Source of the DNA: Pseudomonadota bacterium
GTDB taxonomy: Bacteria > Desulfobacterota > S145-22
Assembly (NCBI GenBank): GCA_015493505.1
Contig: WGDA01000168.1
Location: 1-51,145 of the forward strand
Length of the DNA stretch: 51,145 nt
Reading direction: 5' to 3'
A model generated the notes under the pieces. The model had not been told where the DNA came from, ran no database searches, and was given only the letters and a program-made list of their open reading frames with translations. The position numbers and the translations under genes are program-made. Position 1 is the stretch's first letter, and every line of letters begins with the position of its first letter. Shown here one piece after another: positions 26,089-35,208 of the stretch.

Positions 26089-27426
26089 TCACCTAAACGG
26101 CTTCCGGCTTCCACCTATTCCCTCAATCTCTTCAACCACAAGCAACAACCTTTTGACCCCCTTGACCCGGATGGAGCATCCCGCCTCGATCTCTCCTCCC
26201 TGACTGCAGGCGTCCCAGATCTCTCCATGGACAAAAACCTTGCCGGTCTTTCCAATGTGGGTTTTTGCCACGCCTGATTCGCCAATGAGCCCTTCCCGAC
26301 CCGTACGCTTTTTCCTCCTCAGGTCCCGCGCCAGCAGCGTCCCCAGAATCACCACCACGCCCCCGATGACGGCGACGATTCCGATAATGGTAGATAGGGG
26401 AATCTGCACGCCGATGCTGCGCTCCGTCTGAAAAAGGAGCTTGAGCCCAATGGCGAGAGAGGCAAGCCCCGCAAGGGTCAGGGCACCAAAGCTGACCACA
26501 TAAATCTCGGCAATGAAAAAGATGATGGCCATAAAAATCAGAATCACTCCCATATAATTGATGGGAAGAATCCGGCTGGCAAACAGGAACCCGATCAGCG
26601 CAACGGTTCCAATAACCCCCGGCAAGGTCGCTCCAGGGGTTTTAACTTCAAGATAAATCCCCAAAATCCCAATAACCAGAAGAATCAGCATGACCTGCGG
26701 GTTTCCAAGTTTCTGGCCGATCTTCTCACCCAGCGACAGGGTAACGGGACGAATCGTCTGGCCGATCAGATGAAGGGTCCTTTTCCGGATCTCGCCCTTG
26801 ACCACCACTTCCACGGTTTTTCCCTCGATCTTTCTGAAAAGGGCGTCATCCGTGTCTGCCACGCAATCGATGATCCCCTTTTTAAGGGCTTCCTTCGCCG
26901 TGATAGAGACCGACTTCCTGACCGCTTCTTCCGCCCATTTCGCGTTTCGTCCCCGCTTTTGCGCGATGGAACGGATGAAGGCCAGGGTGTCGTTCATCAC
27001 CTTTTTTCGGATATCCCCCTTGAGGTCGCCGCCCGTCAGGAGGATGGGGTGTGCCGCGCCGATATGGGTCCCGCTGGCCATCGCCGCGACATGCGCAGCA
27101 AGGGTCAGAAAAGTTCCGGCAGACCCCGCCCGGGCACCGCTCGGCGCCACGTAAACAATCACGGGGACAGGGGCGTTGAGCATATTCTTCACCATCTCCT
27201 GCGTGGCGGAAATAAGACCCCCCGGGGTGTCAAGCCTGATCAGCACGACACCTTTTGGATCAGTGGATGCTTTACGGATTCCTTTTCGAAGATAGTCCCG
27301 GGTAAACCCGGTGATCGGCCCATCAATGGTAACCTGATAAATGGCCGCGTCGGCAGGCCGGCTCACAAGAATTCCAGCCAGTACAAAAAACGCGATGAAG
27401 CAAAAGATGAAGCGCCTATCTCTCAA
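26089..27426 (-). CDS. nfeD: NfeD-family membrane-bound serine protease (ClpP class)
   Basis: LDTPGGL, ARAGSAG, GAAHP, TM block, C-terminal OB fold GKVFVHGEIW; upstream of slipin. Start set at the TTG after SD GGGGAG; the ORF extends to 27495. Confidence 0.9.
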   Translation of the reverse strand: MRDRRFIFCFIAFFVLAGILVSRPADAAIYQVTIDGPITGFTRDYLRKGIRKASTDPKGVVLIRLDTPGGLISATQEMVKNMLNAPVPVIVYVAPSGARAGSAGTFLTLAAHVAAMASGTHIGAAHPILLTGGDLKGDIRKKVMNDTLAFIRSIAQKRGRNAKWAEEAVRKSVSITAKEALKKGIIDCVADTDDALFRKIEGKTVEVVVKGEIRKRTLHLIGQTIRPVTLSLGEKIGQKLGNPQVMLILLVIGILGIYLEVKTPGATLPGVIGTVALIGFLFASRILPINYMGVILIFMAIIFFIAEIYVVSFGALTLAGLASLAIGLKLLFQTERSIGVQIPLSTIIGIVAVIGGVVVILGTLLARDLRRKKRTGREGLIGESGVAKTHIGKTGKVFVHGEIWDACSQGGEIEAGCSIRVKGVKRLLLVVEEIEGIGGSRKPFR

Positions 27427-27661
27427 ATGTCTGACTCCCCTCCCACGCTTTGCGTATCCTACCCCACGCCCCGGCCGCGTGTCAAACGGCATCACCGGAA
27501 ATTATCTCAGTGGCTCAGGAACAAATCGCCAAAACGGGTCTCAGGGAATTTCCCATGATTCCCGACTGAAACCTCCTGAGCCTGGGAAATGCTTCTCGAT
27601 GCCTGAAAAACCCAAGTTCCCGACATCCCAAAACCGAACTTGGGTTTTCGTGCCATCAAAA

Positions 27662-27690
27662 TTGACGCACCTTCCCGAGTCTGATAGGCT
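27662..27690 (+). promoter_or_regulatory. Sigma-70-like promoter of xdhC-aor (probably leaderless)
   Basis: TTGACG-17 bp-TAGGCT, with ATG 6 nt later and no SD. Confidence 0.45.
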
Positions 27691-27696
27691 ACCGGC

Positions 27697-28806
27697 ATGG
27701 ACAAAATTTACTTCGAGGCCCTGAAATCACTTGAAAAAGGTCACGCCTGCGTCCTGGTAACCATCCTCCGGCGCAAGGGTTCCGTGCCCCGGGACGAAGG
27801 CGCGCATCTTCTGCTCCGACACGATGGTTCGACCGTCGGGACAATTGGCGGCGGCGGGCTTGAAGCGGAATCCCTGAAAAGGGCCCGAGAGCTTTTGGGC
27901 TCGGAAACGGGATACCTGCAATCCTTTTCTCTTGTCGAGGGAGATGACCCCTCCGACATGGTTTGTGGCGGGAACGTTACCGTCCTGCTGGAATCCCTTT
28001 CGCCAACCGAAATCCCTGTTTATCAGTTTGTCAGCCAAACGGTGAGCCGCCACATCCCCTGCTGCCTGGTCCGCCTTTTCCACGGGAGCCTGTCAGATGT
28101 GGGAGAACTGAAAAAGGGGCCCCGTGGCGCCATTCACGTGGATGGTTCCGCTGTTTTCTCCACCCTTCTGGATACAAGCCTGAAGGAGCGACTCAAGGCC
28201 TGGGCGCGAACCTACCTCGGCGAACCTTCACGGGTGATGCATACCCTCGGCACGGATGAATTGGGTCTGTCCCCCCAGGATGAATGGACCCTCTTCGTCT
28301 TTGAAACCCTTCAGGTGTTTCCACGCCTGGTCATTTTTGGCGGCGGCCACCTGTCACAAGCCCTCTGCAAAATGGCGGCGCTTTGCCTCTATCGGGTCAC
28401 TGTCGCCGATGACCGGGAAGAGTTTGCCAGCCCGGAGAGGTTTCCCGACGCGGACCGCGTCCTCTGCATTCCGAATTACGCCAACCTGTCATCACTCATC
28501 CACCTGGCCCCCCACACCTTTGCGGTCATCGCGACCCGGGGGCATCGATATGACGAAGAGGTTCTCGCCCAGATAATCCGACAGGACCTTGCCTATATCG
28601 GGATGGTCGGAAGCCGGCATAAAAATGCCATCGTTCTCGAGCGTCTCCGGGAGCGAGGGGTTCCGCCCGCCGCGCTGGAACGGCTGCACGCTCCCATCGG
28701 CCTTTCCATCGGGTCGGAAACCCCGGAAGAAATCGCGGTCAGCATCCTGGGCGAGCTGATTCTGACGCGCTCCCGGATAAAAAGCGGCAAGGGAGAAGGG
28801 AAATGA
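27697..28806 (+). CDS. XdhC/CoxI family Mo/W-cofactor accessory protein
   Basis: GSVPR..GA, GTIGGG.LE, MVCGG, IFGGGH, ATRGH.YD, YIGMVGSR.K, APIGL.IG.ETPEEIAVSI. Confidence 0.9.
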   Translation: MDKIYFEALKSLEKGHACVLVTILRRKGSVPRDEGAHLLLRHDGSTVGTIGGGGLEAESLKRARELLGSETGYLQSFSLVEGDDPSDMVCGGNVTVLLESLSPTEIPVYQFVSQTVSRHIPCCLVRLFHGSLSDVGELKKGPRGAIHVDGSAVFSTLLDTSLKERLKAWARTYLGEPSRVMHTLGTDELGLSPQDEWTLFVFETLQVFPRLVIFGGGHLSQALCKMAALCLYRVTVADDREEFASPERFPDADRVLCIPNYANLSSLIHLAPHTFAVIATRGHRYDEEVLAQIIRQDLAYIGMVGSRHKNAIVLERLRERGVPPAALERLHAPIGLSIGSETPEEIAVSILGELILTRSRIKSGKGEGK

Positions 28807-30575
28807 AAGGATTTTACCAGCGTTACTACGAAATCAACCTCACGGACAAATCCTTTGAAATTCGCGCCCTGCCGGAAAGGGTCACGGAAAGGCTCCTTGG
28901 CGGGAAGGGGATTGGCACCTATCTCCTTCTGAAGGAGACCGAGGACCCTCCGGTAGATGCCTTTAACCCGCGCAACCCGGTGATTTTCGCCATCGGCCCG
29001 GTAACGGGGCTGAGAATTCACGGCAGCAGCCGATACGGGGTTTACACGCGGTCTCCGCAAACCGGCATCTATTCCGAATCCTATTCGGGAGGAAAAGTCG
29101 CCCTCAACATGGCGGCCTGCGGCGTGGACGCCTTCCTGCTGAAGGGAAAAGCCCCAAACCCAGTGTTCCTGGAGATTAGCGACCGAGGCGTCACCTTTCA
29201 CGACGCGGGAACCCTGTGGGGGAGAGAGATCTACGAGGCGGAGGAAGAGATGCTCCGACGTGTCGGCGCCTCCTCCGCCGGGGCAGTGATTATCGGCCCC
29301 GCTGGCGAAAACCGAATTCGTTTTTCCACGATAGCCAGCGGCAAGTGGCGATCAGCAGGCCGCACTGGCGTGGGTGCCGTGCTCGGGTCTAAAAACGTGA
29401 AGGGCATCGTCTTTCACGGCTCAGCGAGGAAAACCCCCGCGGACGCGGACCTCCTGAAACGACTCTGGCATCGCCTCTTGGGAAAAGCCAAGGACAACCC
29501 CCTGGTAAAGGCCTACCAGACCATGGGAACGCCCATGCTGGTTGGAATGATGAATACCATCGGGGGATTCCCAACCAGATACTGGTCCCAGGGAAGCCTG
29601 CCCGGGTGGGAAAAAATCAGCGCAGAGGGGATTCAGGAATTCTGCACAACCAAATCTCACGCCTGTCCGTACTGTTTCATGGCCTGCGGCAAGCTGACCA
29701 CCGTCAACGACGGCCCCCACAAGGGTCTGACCATCCTGGGGCCTGAATACGAGACCATCTATGCCTTCGGTGGCCTCTGCATGATCGACAACATTGGGGA
29801 TATCATCTACCTGAACGACCTTTGCGACCGTCTGGGCATCGACACCGTTACCGCGGGAAACCTGGCGGCTTTTACCATCGAAGCCTCTCAGCGAGGGGCT
29901 ATTCCGGAGACTTATCATTATGGGAACGCCAGGGAAGTCGCGGAGATAATCGAAAAGATTGCCAGGAGGGAAGGAATCGGCGCGCTTCTGGCCGAAGGCA
30001 TCCGGACCGTAAGCGAGGCATGGGGGCTTCAGGACATCGCCGTTCACGTCAAGGGGCTGGAACCAGCCGGGTATGAACCCCGGGTCCTCAAGGGGATGGG
30101 GCTCGCCTATGCCACCTCTGACCGGGGGGCCTGCCACATGCGCTCTTCCTTTTACCAGGCGGAACTGACGGGAAAAATCGCCCCGGACGCCGTTGAAGGA
30201 AAGGCCAAGCTTTTCGTGGAATATGAAGATTTCCTGACCCTCTTTGACACCCTCATCCTTTGCCGTTTCTACAAGGACCTTCTCTCATGGGACGATCTCA
30301 GGGACATGATTCACGGGGCAACGGGCCGTGACCTGTCGAAACTGGCGCTGCGGCAAATCGCCACAGCAGTCACCGATGCCACCCGCTTCTTCAACATCCG
30401 CTGCGGCGTTACCAGGGAGTCCGACAAGCTGCCCAAGCGGTTTTACCGGGAATCCCTCAAGAAAGGGGAAGGCGGCCTCACCCCAGAAGAAATGGAAAAA
30501 ATGCTGAGAGAGTATTATCAGCTCAGAGGATGGGACGAAGAGGGAGTCCCGCCACCCATGGACGGGATATTCTGA
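28803..30575 (+). CDS. aor: Tungsten aldehyde:ferredoxin oxidoreductase family protein
   Basis: LGGKG, SPQTG..SYSGG, IGPAGEN, GRTGVGAVLGSKNVK, CPYCFMAC, GPEYET, DRLGID, VKGLE..YEPR, RGACH, YYQLRGWDEEG. Confidence 0.93.
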   Translation: MKGFYQRYYEINLTDKSFEIRALPERVTERLLGGKGIGTYLLLKETEDPPVDAFNPRNPVIFAIGPVTGLRIHGSSRYGVYTRSPQTGIYSESYSGGKVALNMAACGVDAFLLKGKAPNPVFLEISDRGVTFHDAGTLWGREIYEAEEEMLRRVGASSAGAVIIGPAGENRIRFSTIASGKWRSAGRTGVGAVLGSKNVKGIVFHGSARKTPADADLLKRLWHRLLGKAKDNPLVKAYQTMGTPMLVGMMNTIGGFPTRYWSQGSLPGWEKISAEGIQEFCTTKSHACPYCFMACGKLTTVNDGPHKGLTILGPEYETIYAFGGLCMIDNIGDIIYLNDLCDRLGIDTVTAGNLAAFTIEASQRGAIPETYHYGNAREVAEIIEKIARREGIGALLAEGIRTVSEAWGLQDIAVHVKGLEPAGYEPRVLKGMGLAYATSDRGACHMRSSFYQAELTGKIAPDAVEGKAKLFVEYEDFLTLFDTLILCRFYKDLLSWDDLRDMIHGATGRDLSKLALRQIATAVTDATRFFNIRCGVTRESDKLPKRFYRESLKKGEGGLTPEEMEKMLREYYQLRGWDEEGVPPPMDGIF

Positions 30576-31954
30576 ACAGCCGGCGTCATGAACTTTCTCC
30601 GCGCCACGCCGATAACAAGGACGACGGCGCACAACCCCATGCCGTAATACCCGCTCTGGAACACGTGTAACAGCTTTCCACACAGCGCCACGGCTCCGCC
30701 CGAAACGATTGCCCCCATCACCCATCTCGGTGAGATGGGAAACCGCCTGGGGAAAAGCGAGAAGAGGGCCGGAAGCACCAGACCGGAGGTAAAAACCGTA
30801 TAGCCAAGGAGCAGGGACTTGATGATGCCCTGTTCATAAAGGGCGATTCCCAGGGAGATAATCCCAATCAGCATGACGAAAAAACGGGACGAAACGAGTA
30901 ACCGGTGATCCGCCCCCTCCCCTTTCCGCAGCCATCCTCCCAAAATATCCGACGTCATAATCACCCCCGCCGTCAGCAGACATGTATCCGCCGATGACAT
31001 CACCGCGGCGAGCAGCGCCGCGATAACCAGGGGGGAAAGAACAGCAGGCAGGACCTTCATGACCATGTGCGGGAAGGCCTGCTCCGGGGAAATCCCGGGA
31101 TACAGAATCCGGGCGGTCATCCCAATCCAGGTTATTCCGAAGGCGACAAAAACGAGAATAACCGCCGTGACCCACGCGGCACCCCGCGCGACGCCCCCGT
31201 CCCTGGCGCTGAGAAATCGCGAGAAGATATCCGGCCCCACCAGGTAGGCCGTCCCAACGAAGATGGCAAGGTTGACAATGTAACCCCATGACATTTCGTG
31301 GTTCGCGGGGAAAGAAACAAAATCAGCCGGGAGCTTTTGAGCCACCATAAAAAACCCGCCGGACGCCTCCGATCCCGCGATCACTGTCAAAACCACCCCG
31401 AAAAGAATCAGCACCGCCTGAATCGCGTCCGTCTTGAGAACTGAATATTGCCCTCCCAGCAGGGTATAGAATATCATCACGCTACCTGAAATGGCAATCA
31501 AGAGGACAAGGGTCGTGTGGGGGAAAAGAACCGAAAGGATTTTACCGGCCGCGATCATCTGTCCCGCGATAATCCCCAGCCAGGAAGAAAGGATGATAAT
31601 GGACGCGGCCTTTCTGACACCTTCTCCGTAATGCTGCCCCAGGATTTCCGGAAGGGTGTAAGCGCCCGTTTGACGCACGCGGCGTGCCAGAATTCCCCCG
31701 CCAACGGCCAGACCCACGCATCCGACCAGAAGCCACCAGGCTCCCGGCAACCCCTTCGTAAACCCGAGTCCCGCCATGCCAATGGTGCTGGACCCTCCCA
31801 GAATGGTTGCCACAAGTGACCCCGTAATGACGAACGTGCCACCGCTTCGGTTGGCAACGAAAAAGCCTTCGCTTCCCCGCGTCTTTCGCGACGCGAAAAG
31901 CCCAATCACCACCATGGCAACCAGATAGGCGCCAATAATCCAAACGTCTAACAT
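30518..31954 (-). CDS. Sodium:solute symporter (SSS) family protein
   Basis: About 13 TM segments; FFVANRS, YTLPEIL..YG, YTLLGG..SV..TD.IQ, AAVMSSADT. Confidence 0.9.
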   Translation of the reverse strand: MLDVWIIGAYLVAMVVIGLFASRKTRGSEGFFVANRSGGTFVITGSLVATILGGSSTIGMAGLGFTKGLPGAWWLLVGCVGLAVGGGILARRVRQTGAYTLPEILGQHYGEGVRKAASIIILSSWLGIIAGQMIAAGKILSVLFPHTTLVLLIAISGSVMIFYTLLGGQYSVLKTDAIQAVLILFGVVLTVIAGSEASGGFFMVAQKLPADFVSFPANHEMSWGYIVNLAIFVGTAYLVGPDIFSRFLSARDGGVARGAAWVTAVILVFVAFGITWIGMTARILYPGISPEQAFPHMVMKVLPAVLSPLVIAALLAAVMSSADTCLLTAGVIMTSDILGGWLRKGEGADHRLLVSSRFFVMLIGIISLGIALYEQGIIKSLLLGYTVFTSGLVLPALFSLFPRRFPISPRWVMGAIVSGGAVALCGKLLHVFQSGYYGMGLCAVVLVIGVARRKFMTPAVQNIPSMGGGTPSSSHPLS

Positions 31955-32061
31955 TGAATAGCCCCTCCCAGAACTTTTTACTCCCTAACAGGAAAAGGGC
32001 TGTTTGTCAACAGAAACTCAACGACAGTTTACATTGAGCGTCGGGAAGGTAAAACAGAATT

Positions 32062-33252
32062 TTAGCTTTTGGAGTGGCCGATCAACGCCGCTTCCGCCTC
32101 GCGTTTGACGAGATCCATGACGTGCCGCAACGGCAGGTGGTGCCGCCGCGCCAGACGCGCGCAGGCGTCATATTCCGGGGCAATTCGCATTCTCCCGCCG
32201 GGCAACGCTGCCACCTTGACCGCCGCCTCTCCGAGTGTGGTTGATACCCGCTCAACGCGCCGGCTGACAATCCTCCGGGAAACCGGAATCAGGCGAACCC
32301 CCAGGGTGGAGGTTTCCTCAAGCAGGCAGGCCGAAAGGTCCTCCTGGGCTTCCGCCGGGGAAACCACCGTGATCCGCGTTCCCAGCCGCCCTTTCTTCAT
32401 CAGAACTGGATGGGAGGTGACGTCCAGGGCACCCTTTTCAAAAAGAACCTCCGTGACATGGGCCAAAACTTCTGCTGTTTCGTCGTCGATGTCCGTCACC
32501 AAAAGGGCCACTTCATCCGACAAAATGGCTTCACGCGCCTCTCCCAACAGGGCGCGCAAGATATTGGGCCGGTTTTCCGGATCCCGGTCACCGGCGCCGT
32601 AGCCCGTTTCCAGCAGGCGAAAGCGCGGAACGGGCCTTGCGGGGTCCACCCACGCGCGAAGGAGAGCCGCGCCCGTGGGGGTCACAAACTCCATCTCGTA
32701 GGGCAGGGAGACGGTTTCAAACCCCTTCAGCAACGCGAGGGTCGCGGGGGCTGGGTTGGGCAACAAACCGTGCTCGCAGGAGATCTCACCCCGCCCAAGC
32801 GGGATCGGCGACGCATACACCTGTTCAACGCCCAGAAAATCAAGGGCGGCCACCCCACCCACCACATCGGAAATGGTGTCAAGCCCGCCTACTTCATGGA
32901 AATGAACGGCCTGCGGATCAACCCCATGGATGGTGGATTCCGCCTGGGCAAGGGCTTCCAGAACCTTGAGCGCCCCTTCCCTAACAGCCGGAGGAAGCCC
33001 TGACTGTTCGATCATTCCCCGCATCTTCCGATAATCACGGGGTTCCTGGGGCGTGCTTTCGAATTCAAAGTCAACTTTCATGGCAGCAATTCCCTGTCGG
33101 GCGACCTTCCCGGCCCGTATCCCGCGAAACGGAAGGGGCAGGGCGCGCAAGGCGGCTTCAATCTCTCGGACAGGGACGCCCACGTCAATCAGGCTTCCCA
33201 GCAGCATGTCTCCGCTGATCCCGGAAAAGCAGTCAAGGTAAAGAATCTTCAT
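32062..33252 (-). CDS. larC: Nickel-pincer cofactor Ni insertase LarC
   Basis: YLDCFSGISGDM, VHFHEVG.LD, HG..P.PAPAT, VTPTGAA, GYGAG, MKKGR.G, ETSTLGVR, PEYD. Confidence 0.93.
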   Translation of the reverse strand: MKILYLDCFSGISGDMLLGSLIDVGVPVREIEAALRALPLPFRGIRAGKVARQGIAAMKVDFEFESTPQEPRDYRKMRGMIEQSGLPPAVREGALKVLEALAQAESTIHGVDPQAVHFHEVGGLDTISDVVGGVAALDFLGVEQVYASPIPLGRGEISCEHGLLPNPAPATLALLKGFETVSLPYEMEFVTPTGAALLRAWVDPARPVPRFRLLETGYGAGDRDPENRPNILRALLGEAREAILSDEVALLVTDIDDETAEVLAHVTEVLFEKGALDVTSHPVLMKKGRLGTRITVVSPAEAQEDLSACLLEETSTLGVRLIPVSRRIVSRRVERVSTTLGEAAVKVAALPGGRMRIAPEYDACARLARRHHLPLRHVMDLVKREAEAALIGHSKS

Positions 33253-34010
33253 GGAGCAATCAGGGCGTGGTTGATCAGGCTTGCCGCGTAGCCGGCGCCA
33301 AACCCGTTATCGATATTGACCACGGTCACCCCGGGCACGCAGGAATTGAGCATCGCCATGAGGGCCGCCAGCCCCTTGAACCCCGCCCCGTACCCAACGC
33401 TGGTGGGGACCGCGATAACAGGCCTGGAAACCAGGCCGCCCACCACGCTGGGCAGAGCACCCTCCATCCCCGCCACCACCACAAGCACATTGGCGGAAAA
33501 GAGGGTCTCTTTTTTAGAGAAGAGCCGGTGCAAACCGGAAATCCCCACGTCAAAAAGGGTTTCCACCCGGTTGCCCATCATTTCAGCTGTGATCACCGCC
33601 TCCCGCGCGACGGGCACGTCCGAGGTTCCGGCACTGATAACCAGGATGGTTCCGAGCCCCGTCAGCTCTACTTCGTGCTGTATCAGGACAAGAGTCCGGG
33701 ATATGGGGTCATACGTGCTCTTTGGGAAATAATCCCGCACGGTGGAGGCCTTTTTCTCGCTCAGACGCGTAACCAGGATGTTGCTGCCCGCCTCTTTCAT
33801 CCTCTCCATGATCGCCACGATCTGCGTGACGTCCTTGGATTCCCCGTATATAACTTCCGGAAATCCCTGCCGGATAGCACGATGATGGTCAATCATGGCG
33901 TATTCGATTTCTTCAAAGGGCAGGCGTTTCAAGCGCTCATAGGCCTCTTCAGGGCTCAGGGCCCCTTCACGCACTTGCGACAAGATTTCTTTGATACTGT
34001 CAGGTGTCAT
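33249..34010 (-). CDS. larB: Nickel-pincer cofactor biosynthesis protein LarB
   Basis: DHHR..RQGFPEVIYGESK, SAGTSD.PVA.EA, DVG.SGLHRL, AGMEGAL, AVPTSVGYG, MLNSC..GV.VVNIDNGFGAG. Confidence 0.95.
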   Translation of the reverse strand: MTPDSIKEILSQVREGALSPEEAYERLKRLPFEEIEYAMIDHHRAIRQGFPEVIYGESKDVTQIVAIMERMKEAGSNILVTRLSEKKASTVRDYFPKSTYDPISRTLVLIQHEVELTGLGTILVISAGTSDVPVAREAVITAEMMGNRVETLFDVGISGLHRLFSKKETLFSANVLVVVAGMEGALPSVVGGLVSRPVIAVPTSVGYGAGFKGLAALMAMLNSCVPGVTVVNIDNGFGAGYAASLINHALIAP

Positions 34011-34078
34011 AATGTTGGCTTAAATCTTAAAGTCCTTCGGGCAAAAAAGCAAGAAAAAAAAAGATAAAGTCGCCACTC

Positions 34079-34486
34079 TCAAACATCAAATGTGACCACG
34101 GCCCGCCAGTCTTTCCCTTTCTGTTCCACCAACAGGGCGTGGTAGGTCACTCCCTTGACCTCCAGCTGGCAGGTGTGGCGCGCCGGGTTAAACGGTTCCC
34201 CCCACAGGGCTCCCTTCAGGCGTGTCTGGCTGGCTTCTTGAACCTCCAACCGGGCAGGAACCCATTCCTCTCCGTAGAAATATCTCAGCGTGGTGCGTCC
34301 CAGAGAGACGATCAGGTCTTCCGGCGCCGGCTCCTCCACGTGAACCTCCCGCCGGCCCAGCTCCCGTATGTCGCCCTGTACCAGAAGCTCACGCAATCCC
34401 TTCACCAACTCAACAAACACCGCCTCGTACGTGCCGCACGTGATTTCCATCTGGACATCCGCGGTATGGTCGAGCCAACGAATCAT
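34079..34486 (-). CDS. Archease
   Basis: LDHTADV near the N-terminus, GEPF, EVKGVTYH, C-terminal FDV. Confidence 0.9.
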   Translation of the reverse strand: MIRWLDHTADVQMEITCGTYEAVFVELVKGLRELLVQGDIRELGRREVHVEEPAPEDLIVSLGRTTLRYFYGEEWVPARLEVQEASQTRLKGALWGEPFNPARHTCQLEVKGVTYHALLVEQKGKDWRAVVTFDV

Positions 34487-35208
34487 GCGGCCGCTTCATC
34501 AGGTTTCTCAGGGGGCACGAGAATTCGATTGCAGTGCGGACAAAGGATAATCTTTTCGCATTTTTGAATCTGATTAAAGAGCTGGGGCGGGATATTCATG
34601 TGACACCCCTGGCAGATTTCATTTTTCGCGTAAACCACCGCGACACCCGCGCGCTTTTCCAGAAGCGTGTGATAGCGTTTCAACAGGTCAGGCGGAATCT
34701 TCTTTTCCAGGTCATCCCGCCGCGCCTTCAGTCCTTTCAAATCATCGGGGAGATGATTAAGTTGTTCCGTCAGCTCCTTTTTCCTGGCCTCCAGTTTCTC
34801 TTTCTCCTTCAGGTATGCGGCTTCCTTCTCTTTCAAGGCTTCCTGTAAGGTGTCCACCTTGTCCAGACGCTCAATAATCTCCAGCTCGTACTGATCCATC
34901 TTTTCCTTTAAATGGTCTATCTCGGACAAAAAGGCCTGGTATTCCTTATTGGTTTTAACCTCCGGCAACCGTCCCTGTATCTTTTTTATCTGGTCCGCCG
35001 CCGCTTCCAGGTCCCTCTCCCGCTGCCGTCGTTCCTTTTCCAGCGTTTCAATCTTTTCGACTTCCCGCTGGAAGGCCTCCGCACGCTCATCGATTTCCCG
35101 CTGAATTTTTTCAATCTCTTTCGGAAACGACGTCTCCTGTCGATCATGCAGGCGAATTTTTGAATCTAATTCCTGCAATCTGATAAGCATCTGCAACTGT
35201 TCTTTCAA
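34483..35208 (-). CDS. Coiled-coil C4 zinc-ribbon protein (DUF164 family)
   Basis: LQELD start, long coiled coil, TNKEY, CQGCHM.IPPQ..CPHCNRIL. Confidence 0.9.
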   Translation of the reverse strand: MKEQLQMLIRLQELDSKIRLHDRQETSFPKEIEKIQREIDERAEAFQREVEKIETLEKERRQRERDLEAAADQIKKIQGRLPEVKTNKEYQAFLSEIDHLKEKMDQYELEIIERLDKVDTLQEALKEKEAAYLKEKEKLEARKKELTEQLNHLPDDLKGLKARRDDLEKKIPPDLLKRYHTLLEKRAGVAVVYAKNEICQGCHMNIPPQLFNQIQKCEKIILCPHCNRILVPPEKPDEAAA

